From the NCBI GenBank assembly GCA_964472505.1, contig CAYYQW010000001.1:30701-94700 (forward strand): a DNA stretch of 64,000 nucleotides, given 5' to 3'. A model generated the notes under the pieces. The model was not told the DNA's origin, did no database searches, and was given only the letters and a program-made list of their open reading frames with translations. The translations under genes and the position numbers were made by a program. This document shows positions 57,596-64,000 of this stretch, one piece after another. Within the stretch, counting starts at the first letter, position 1; each line of letters opens with the position of its first letter. Origin of the DNA: an uncultured Bacteroidaceae bacterium (lineage in GTDB: Bacteria > Bacteroidota > Bacteroidia > Bacteroidales > JAADGE01).

Positions 57596-60013
57596 TTATT
57601 GTTTTACAAATTTCTTCGAAACAAGCAAATCATCGGCTTGAATATTCAAAAAATACATTCCTGAAGCCAAATTGCTGATATCTATAATGTGTAAAGAAGC
57701 GTTCGGTTTACGCTCCTCATACAATAAGCTGCCCGTAATATTTCTGATCTGTATTTTGGAAGAAGAAATATCGCCGGGTACACGAATTTTCAGCAAATCA
57801 TTAACAGGATTCGGATATATTTCAAATTCAGACCTTATCAAACTATTAGCTGAAACCGGGGAATCCGTAATATTAATATCATCTACAACTACACCATAAC
57901 CCCAGCTTGCAGTCGCCTCAAAAGCAATAAAATATTCACTGCTCAGATTGGGTAATGCAATTTGCCGCTTAGTCCAGTCCGGAGTATCTTCGGTATATTC
58001 TTCCAATAAGCTCCAACTATCGGATTGGGAAGTCTTATAATAAATTCTGAGCTCATCCTGATCGCCTTCCCAAACTTGCTGAGCGTGCCAAAACTCCAAA
58101 GTAGCTTGCGTTAAACCGGAGAGATTAAGTTTCAGACTGATTAATTTTGATTTTTTATCAGTAAATGAGTCATTAAAAAACAAAGCATTGTAATTGCCGG
58201 TATTCGCCGATGAAGGATAACCGTTCATACCTCCGTTTTGGAAACCCCAACCGGCTCCTTCATAAGTCCAACAGTCGGGTGTGTCGCCTATTTCAAATCC
58301 TTCCGCAAAAGGCAAACTATAAGCATTGCCGCAGTCATTTACTTTTATATCCAGATACATGGTATTATTCCCGACATTTTCTTCGTTGTCAATCTCTATG
58401 GTTACGGAAAACGTGTGAATACCGGGCGACAGAAACAGCTCGGAAAACTGAAGCGTTTCAGTTTCATTTTGCACTAAACTGCCTTCCCACTGAATAGTTT
58501 CCCTGAATTCATCATTCAGACTGTATTTCACAGAGGCGGAGCTCATGTCAGCCGTTCCGCGATTTTTAATCACCACTGTCGGCACTACCGTTTGCGGCTC
58601 ATAGTACTCTCTTTCAGGCACTTGAATATTGTAAATTTGCGCATCATAAGTATATACCACATCGTAAGGGCCGTAGCCGTCAATTGCTTCAAGGCCGGAA
58701 TCCTCGGGATCCAACCAATTTTGCAGGCTTGTTTGGGGCGTAGCGCCGCCGGTCCAAGATGTTCCGAGCCGTCCGTACCAATCGGGGTCGGTATTTCCGC
58801 ATGCAGCATCACCTCCGTGCAGTTGTCCTATAATTCGTCCGTAAGCATCGAACAAAGGCGAACCGGAAGAGCCGCCTTCGGTAGTTGTACCGTCATCCCA
58901 AGAACCTACGCGCCAATGGGTTTCTCCGCTACCCGGGCCGTTATAATAAGCAGATTCGGTAACACCGCCCGAAGCCCAACTGATTTTCTTAATATCGCCT
59001 GCCGGATGATGAATTCCCCAAACGGTTTCGTTTAACTCAGAGGCAAGTGTTCTGTTCCAACCGGCATAGAAAGGGCTGAATTCTTCGGTAGGCGCTGAGC
59101 TGAGTTCGGTTAGCCAAAAATCCGAATCGGAATTACGTGCCACATCCACCGCTCCGGATATGGAATTATAAGAGGGTGATTCATCGGGATCTTCACAAGT
59201 TTCGCTTTGCCAATTAAACCAATACACCAACGTTGACGGATCGGAATAGCAGTGATTGGCTGACAAAAAGTAAGGTTTACCGTCATAAGCTGTATTATTA
59301 ATCAAAGCGCCGGAGCAAAACCCACTGCCGCCGGTTACCAAAATACCCACGCTGCGTATCTCATCCTCGCGCGGTGCGGCTTCCGGGCATGCTACATTTA
59401 CATTGCAATCGCCGGAGCCTCCAAAAGCTTTGGAGAATTCATATACGCCTCGGTAACTGTGCGTAACTCTCGAAAGATTGATTTCTCCGGAGAATTCAAC
59501 ATGCGCCGGCTCATTGTATTCAACAATAATTTTATCGCCGGGAAGCAATGTGGCGGCAAACTTTCCGTCATCTCGATTATTGAAATCCGTAAATGCTCCG
59601 AGTATTTCTTTCTTATCGGGGGTATAAATAAAAAGTTCAGATCCTTCCGGCAAACGGTATTTTTCAAAAGTTAAGTTTATGGAAACAGCGCCCGGACTGT
59701 ATATTCCCAAACGCCAAATTTTAGTTCCGTCTTTTAATGTGCTCCAAGTACCGGAGTTTTTTGTATCGAAATCGACCTCAATATTTTTCCCGAAACGCCA
59801 AGGCTGTCCGCCTTCATAATCGGTTTTTGCATCTTCGGCTTTGAGCGCTTCGGTATCAACCGGCGGCATTTTCTCAAAGAAAATTTCAGTTGTGATTTTT
59901 TTACTGTCCGTCTTAAAAGTTATCGGTTGTCCGCCCTGACTTATCTGAGCTGCGGAAGGTACGCCCATAATTAAAAAGATACCGGACAAAACAAAAAAAT
60001 ATGCTTTTTTCAT
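57596..60013 (-). CDS. Lysyl-endopeptidase-like (trypsin-fold S1) serine protease with CARDB-like and adhesin-like domains and T9SS type A CTD
   Basis: LSANHC (His), SDFWLTEL (Asp), TEGGSSGSP (Ser), IHHPAGDIKKIS, YPNPV...KKFVK. Confidence 0.9.
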   Translation of the reverse strand: MKKAYFFVLSGIFLIMGVPSAAQISQGGQPITFKTDSKKITTEIFFEKMPPVDTEALKAEDAKTDYEGGQPWRFGKNIEVDFDTKNSGTWSTLKDGTKIWRLGIYSPGAVSINLTFEKYRLPEGSELFIYTPDKKEILGAFTDFNNRDDGKFAATLLPGDKIIVEYNEPAHVEFSGEINLSRVTHSYRGVYEFSKAFGGSGDCNVNVACPEAAPREDEIRSVGILVTGGSGFCSGALINNTAYDGKPYFLSANHCYSDPSTLVYWFNWQSETCEDPDESPSYNSISGAVDVARNSDSDFWLTELSSAPTEEFSPFYAGWNRTLASELNETVWGIHHPAGDIKKISWASGGVTESAYYNGPGSGETHWRVGSWDDGTTTEGGSSGSPLFDAYGRIIGQLHGGDAACGNTDPDWYGRLGTSWTGGATPQTSLQNWLDPEDSGLEAIDGYGPYDVVYTYDAQIYNIQVPEREYYEPQTVVPTVVIKNRGTADMSSASVKYSLNDEFRETIQWEGSLVQNETETLQFSELFLSPGIHTFSVTIEIDNEENVGNNTMYLDIKVNDCGNAYSLPFAEGFEIGDTPDCWTYEGAGWGFQNGGMNGYPSSANTGNYNALFFNDSFTDKKSKLISLKLNLSGLTQATLEFWHAQQVWEGDQDELRIYYKTSQSDSWSLLEEYTEDTPDWTKRQIALPNLSSEYFIAFEATASWGYGVVVDDINITDSPVSANSLIRSEFEIYPNPVNDLLKIRVPGDISSSKIQIRNITGSLLYEERKPNASLHIIDISNLASGMYFLNIQADDLLVSKKFVKQ

Positions 60014-60129
60014 ATCCAAAAGATTTATCATTTCTAATTAAAACGATAAAACTATAAAAAAACTACTCCGAAACCATTCCATTTATCAAAAAAAGTTAAA
60101 AATATCCTGTATTTTATTCGAATGAAGCA

Positions 60130-63100
60130 TTAATGCAGAAATACTTTGAATACTGCACTTTGGGAAACCGTATAGATTTTAATAAAATAAATGCCGGAAG
60201 GTAAATGCCCCATATTGGTTCTGAATGTTTTCGATGCTTCAATGGTTTCCGTCCACAGAAGTCGGCCGCTAAAATCTTCTGCCTGTATGGTGATATTTTT
60301 GTGAGCTTTAGGAAATTCTATATTTAAAACTCCCGAAGTGGGGTTTGGAAAAACATTAATGCGTTGAATCCAAACGTTTCCGGAAGCAAGTGCTACGAAA
60401 AGCTCGGCAGAATCGCTGTATATATCACCGCAGGCACCGGAAACGCACACATCATAAATACCTGCATGCGATTGGTCGGCTGAACAGATAACAAGTTGCG
60501 GGCTATTCACGCCGCTGTAATTTCTGCTGTTTTGTAAATCTATTCCGTCTTTGCGCCACTGAAAGCTGAGATTTGTTCCTGAAGCTTTAATGCTAAAAGA
60601 AACCTCCGCTCCCGAGACTGCAAATTTATTTTCGGGTTGTTTAATAATTTGGGCAGAGTCAGCAGCTTTAAGTAATAAAGTATCAGAGCTTATACATTCT
60701 CCGTTTATGATTTTCCACTCAAGCATCAACGGAAACTCCTTTGGAAATATGGCAGCTTTAGGATCAGTGATATCAGAGATTAGGGCATCGCCTTTCAAAA
60801 TTTCCCATCCGGCATTTCCGTCTTCTGAAAAATTCGCTGATAGAGTATATCTGTCAGAACAAACATAATCGTCTTTGCCGGCATTGGCAAGGATTAACTT
60901 ATCGACCATAATGGTTACGGATTTGCAGTCGGTTACTCCACAGTCATTTTCCCACCTTCCGAAATAAGTACTTGTTGAATCGGGAAATACGTTCAAATAG
61001 TTCCCTACTCCAATATTTTCGTCTCCGCATGAATACTGATACCAAACAAATTCATCGCCGCTTCCTCCGGAGTATTCCAAAAGTGTGTTTTCATTTTCGC
61101 AGAGCTTTGTTTGTTGAGCAGAAACGGTGTCCGGCAACTCGGGCAAAGGAATTACTGAAATACTGCCTGCTTCGGATTCTTTGACGGAGCAATTCTTATT
61201 CCGGACAACGGCTTTATACAGTGCGGAAAATTCAATATTAGAAACCATATAGACGGTATCCTTACAATCAATATCGGCCCAAGTTTGTCCGTTGTCATCA
61301 GAACGGCGCCATTTAAGCACCTCTCCTCGATTTTCGGTTAATGCTAATTCAGTTGAGTTATTTCCCGGGCAAAGTTCTGTGGATCCGATGATTTTTCCGG
61401 CTTTGGTTTCCGAATTAACAACAATTCTGATTGAGTCGTAAATAATATTCTCATGCGCATCGCTCACGGTAAGCGAATAAGTGCTTGTTTGGCCGGGGTT
61501 TACTGTCGGATTCGCCAAATCGGAAATAAAGTCACCGGAATTGGAAGTCCATAAATAGTTATAAGGCTCAGTCCCGCCATAAGCTTCGGCTTTCAATTGC
61601 GTTTCTTCACCTTTACAAATTTCCAAAAGTTCAGCAGAAACCGAAACCGATAGTGTTTTAGAAGCCTGAGGCGTATCTCCGTAGGCTCCCTGATTAATTG
61701 CAGAACCGCCGGCAGGTTCTTTCGAGTGTTCATCGTTGGGATTACCTGCATCAAGTGCGGGCGAATCAGATATTTGCGCTTCCCAACTGCCGGCTTGAGC
61801 TGATAAAGGCGGCCACTCTCCGCCGACAAACGAACCGCCGACTGATTGTAGATGATAATCCAAACCGGAGTTGACAAATAAAGGGTCGGAACTTATATCA
61901 TTTGCTCCCGTTGGTCCGGTATTAGACGGTATTCCGTTGCAGTTAAATAAATGACTGTTAGTTGTAAAATACGTATTGTAATTAGAGTTTATAACAAGGT
62001 TTTCCGGATATCGCAGCGCAAAATAATCGTCATTCCCTGCTTTAGCCGTAAGAATATTATTTTCAAGCGAAATACCATTTCCCGATTCAATGTACAAAGC
62101 TGAACCAATATCATAAGCAATGAAATCTTCATCGCCCGTTACTTCCACATCATCAATAATCCAGGATTCATCCCAATGCTCTTCGGCATCATTCACCAAA
62201 ACATAAAAGCGTAAATACAATTTGTCGCTTTCAGGAGAAATTCCGGGCGTTTCATATTTTTGAAATTCATCTATTCCGGAATCATCGGTGGTAAGATTAA
62301 TAACTTCCGTCCAATTTTCATTATCAAAACTATATTCAAAACGGATAATATTAGTCTCTTCAACGGTTCCGGACAAGTTAAAGCGCAGATAAGCCGAAAC
62401 GCTCAAATTGGTATAGTCGGATATATCAATTGGCTCAGCCAAATTGATGAATAAATCAGAAGCTCCGCATATGAATAGAGCCGTATTTTCACTGACGTAA
62501 TATTGCGGGTCTTCGAGAGCATATAAATAAATATCTCCGTTGGATTCCCAAGCTTGGAGTCCCAACTCAACATCATCATAAAACAAACGGGCATTTTCCT
62601 GAGGAATCACGCTTGCTCCGTTATCGGCAAGCGTATTATTTTTAGCCGTCAGATTATCGGCCTTTGAATACAGCCCGTGAATTGCATTATTGTATGACAG
62701 ATTATTAAAAAGCGATACATTATTGCTGTTTCCGAGATAAATTCCGGCTCCTACTTGTGCATCATACGTTTGGTTGTAAGCAATTATCAGATTATCTCCT
62801 TCTGTTTTTAGATTATCTTTATGTGCGCCAAAAATTGTAAATCCTTGTATGGCTGTATGTTTAAGTCCAAGCAGATACATTCCGTAATCATTTGTTTGCG
62901 CATTGATTTCCGGCGACTGTCCGTCGGCGTTTTTTATAATTAAAGGATGATCGGCCGTTGGGTTCATTCCGGAATTAAATAGGATGCCGCCCTCATAGCT
63001 GCCACCGGAAACTACTACCGTATAAGTTTGCGTATAAAGCGAAGAACCGAGCCATGCCTGCAGCCCTTCCAAAGCGGATTGTATGTTGTGATGTTCATCG

Positions 63101-63999
63101 CTGTTATCCGTTGCCGAAATATCAACCGGAAGAACTGTTCGCGTTTTTATTTCCGTTGTTATCTCATCGATGCCTGAGGCGTTGCTTACTGTCAATGTAT
63201 TGCTAAGATAATCCGCGGCAGGAAACCGAACCCGAGCTTCCGAATCAGAAGCGTAAAGCAGTTCTCCGGGTATCTCACCTAAAGAAAATTCGCAGCCTAA
63301 AAGGCCGGTGCCTATTATCGTAATTATTTTTCCGCGATCTTTATAAATTGTATTCGGACTTATTTCTGTAATTTCCGGAGCTTCATTCTGAATACCCGTT
63401 ATTATCAGAGAATATTCCTGATTTACTCCCTGCAAACTTCCTTTATGACTGACTGTTATGGTATAAGTACCCGAAGCGCCGCCTATGCGGATTTTTTCAA
63501 AAGGATCAACGGTATTATCTCCTTTTCCCACAGTTGAAACGGAAGTAAGTTTGTATGGTTCGAAAGTGTCATTATTTTTTGTAATTCTTAGGTCTAAATC
63601 ATTAATTAAAACCGGTGTGTTATCATTCAAATTTTGATTTGGTTCTGCGGGCGGATCGGTCCAAGATATTGACACTTCCATGTCATTCATTCCGTCGGAA
63701 TTTATCGTAAGATGGTGAGTTTCTCCTTCATTAATTATTCGTTCATCTATCAGAGAAAAACGGCCGTGATCAGATATTACTTGAGCGGCGGATTTTGCAT
63801 TCAGCAAGCCCCAGCCGGAAACAGCATCCGGTCCTTCAGAACTTATATCGTCCGCAGTATGCAACACTAAGCCTTTTAAACTTGATGCGCGCATAAAATG
63901 GCCGTGGGTATTATTGTAATGTTGTTGAAGTAAAATTAAGCTGCCCGCAACATTTGGAGAGGCCATGGAAGTTCCGGTTTTATATCCGTAATCACTATC
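60130..63999 (-). CDS. Subtilisin-like S8 protease with IPT, beta-helix, Ig domains and T9SS type A CTD; N-terminus lies beyond the window
   Basis: Frame open to the window edge, giving TGTSMASPNVAG; GPD..SGWGLLNA; FPNPT...GIYFIKI. Confidence 0.9.
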   Translation of the reverse strand, partial: DSDYGYKTGTSMASPNVAGSLILLQQHYNNTHGHFMRASSLKGLVLHTADDISSEGPDAVSGWGLLNAKSAAQVISDHGRFSLIDERIINEGETHHLTINSDGMNDMEVSISWTDPPAEPNQNLNDNTPVLINDLDLRITKNNDTFEPYKLTSVSTVGKGDNTVDPFEKIRIGGASGTYTITVSHKGSLQGVNQEYSLIITGIQNEAPEITEISPNTIYKDRGKIITIIGTGLLGCEFSLGEIPGELLYASDSEARVRFPAADYLSNTLTVSNASGIDEITTEIKTRTVLPVDISATDNSDEHHNIQSALEGLQAWLGSSLYTQTYTVVVSGGSYEGGILFNSGMNPTADHPLIIKNADGQSPEINAQTNDYGMYLLGLKHTAIQGFTIFGAHKDNLKTEGDNLIIAYNQTYDAQVGAGIYLGNSNNVSLFNNLSYNNAIHGLYSKADNLTAKNNTLADNGASVIPQENARLFYDDVELGLQAWESNGDIYLYALEDPQYYVSENTALFICGASDLFINLAEPIDISDYTNLSVSAYLRFNLSGTVEETNIIRFEYSFDNENWTEVINLTTDDSGIDEFQKYETPGISPESDKLYLRFYVLVNDAEEHWDESWIIDDVEVTGDEDFIAYDIGSALYIESGNGISLENNILTAKAGNDDYFALRYPENLVINSNYNTYFTTNSHLFNCNGIPSNTGPTGANDISSDPLFVNSGLDYHLQSVGGSFVGGEWPPLSAQAGSWEAQISDSPALDAGNPNDEHSKEPAGGSAINQGAYGDTPQASKTLSVSVSAELLEICKGEETQLKAEAYGGTEPYNYLWTSNSGDFISDLANPTVNPGQTSTYSLTVSDAHENIIYDSIRIVVNSETKAGKIIGSTELCPGNNSTELALTENRGEVLKWRRSDDNGQTWADIDCKDTVYMVSNIEFSALYKAVVRNKNCSVKESEAGSISVIPLPELPDTVSAQQTKLCENENTLLEYSGGSGDEFVWYQYSCGDENIGVGNYLNVFPDSTSTYFGRWENDCGVTDCKSVTIMVDKLILANAGKDDYVCSDRYTLSANFSEDGNAGWEILKGDALISDITDPKAAIFPKEFPLMLEWKIINGECISSDTLLLKAADSAQIIKQPENKFAVSGAEVSFSIKASGTNLSFQWRKDGIDLQNSRNYSGVNSPQLVICSADQSHAGIYDVCVSGACGDIYSDSAELFVALASGNVWIQRINVFPNPTSGVLNIEFPKAHKNITIQAEDFSGRLLWTETIEASKTFRTNMGHLPSGIYFIKIYTVSQSAVFKVFLH

Positions 64000-64000
64000 G

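Noticed and set aside
69-62594. The many 60-220 aa ORFs in the track that overlap longer genes (e.g. 36908-37564, 20591-21133, 26136-26651, 50130-50672)
   Set aside because: Antisense or alternate-frame shadows of well-supported genes, with no recognisable motifs.
1-64000. tRNA, rRNA, intact transposase, integrase, intein or group II intron
   Set aside because: No such motifs were recognised by eye; a covariance-model and HMM scan was not possible.

Overview
Chromosomal window from a Bacteroidota genome, most likely a proteolytic Bacteroidales/Marinilabiliales-like organism (TAnnTTTG promoters, T9SS cargo, gldF/gldG, surE-lpxB and HU-rng synteny). No rRNA, tRNA, CRISPR array or intact transposase was seen. 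1-28 kb is mostly housekeeping and stress genes: partial TonB-dependent receptor, YjbQ, USP, an M16 subunit, a long RSH whose synthetase motifs are degenerate, two SiaC paralogs and a tandem double-domain SiaB kinase, a GT2-DUF2062/MMPL-acyltransferase/CrtI-like module, patatin, Tpx, MsrB-MsrA, DPP-IV, AAA-DUF4143 and a Pif1-like helicase. 29-46 kb is a Wzx/Wzy surface-polysaccharide locus. It combines a WcfR/WcfS-like pair, a WbpB/D/E/I-like diacetamido-uronate pathway, a deacetylase, a coupled CitE-like lyase, a MaoC hydratase, a doubly broken GNAT and a convergent D-glucuronyl C5-epimerase; this is the best candidate for an undescribed system (a possibly zwitterionic, epimerised and acylated glycan). 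46-53 kb is conserved core, including an uncalled 30-aa bS22-like protein. 53-64 kb holds three tandem T9SS-secreted proteases (S8, S1, C25). Several non-coding elements were found by eye, notably a 158-bp fold-back MITE with a TAA target duplication and a 33-bp-period triple repeat. All family assignments come from motif recognition and memory; no database searches were run.
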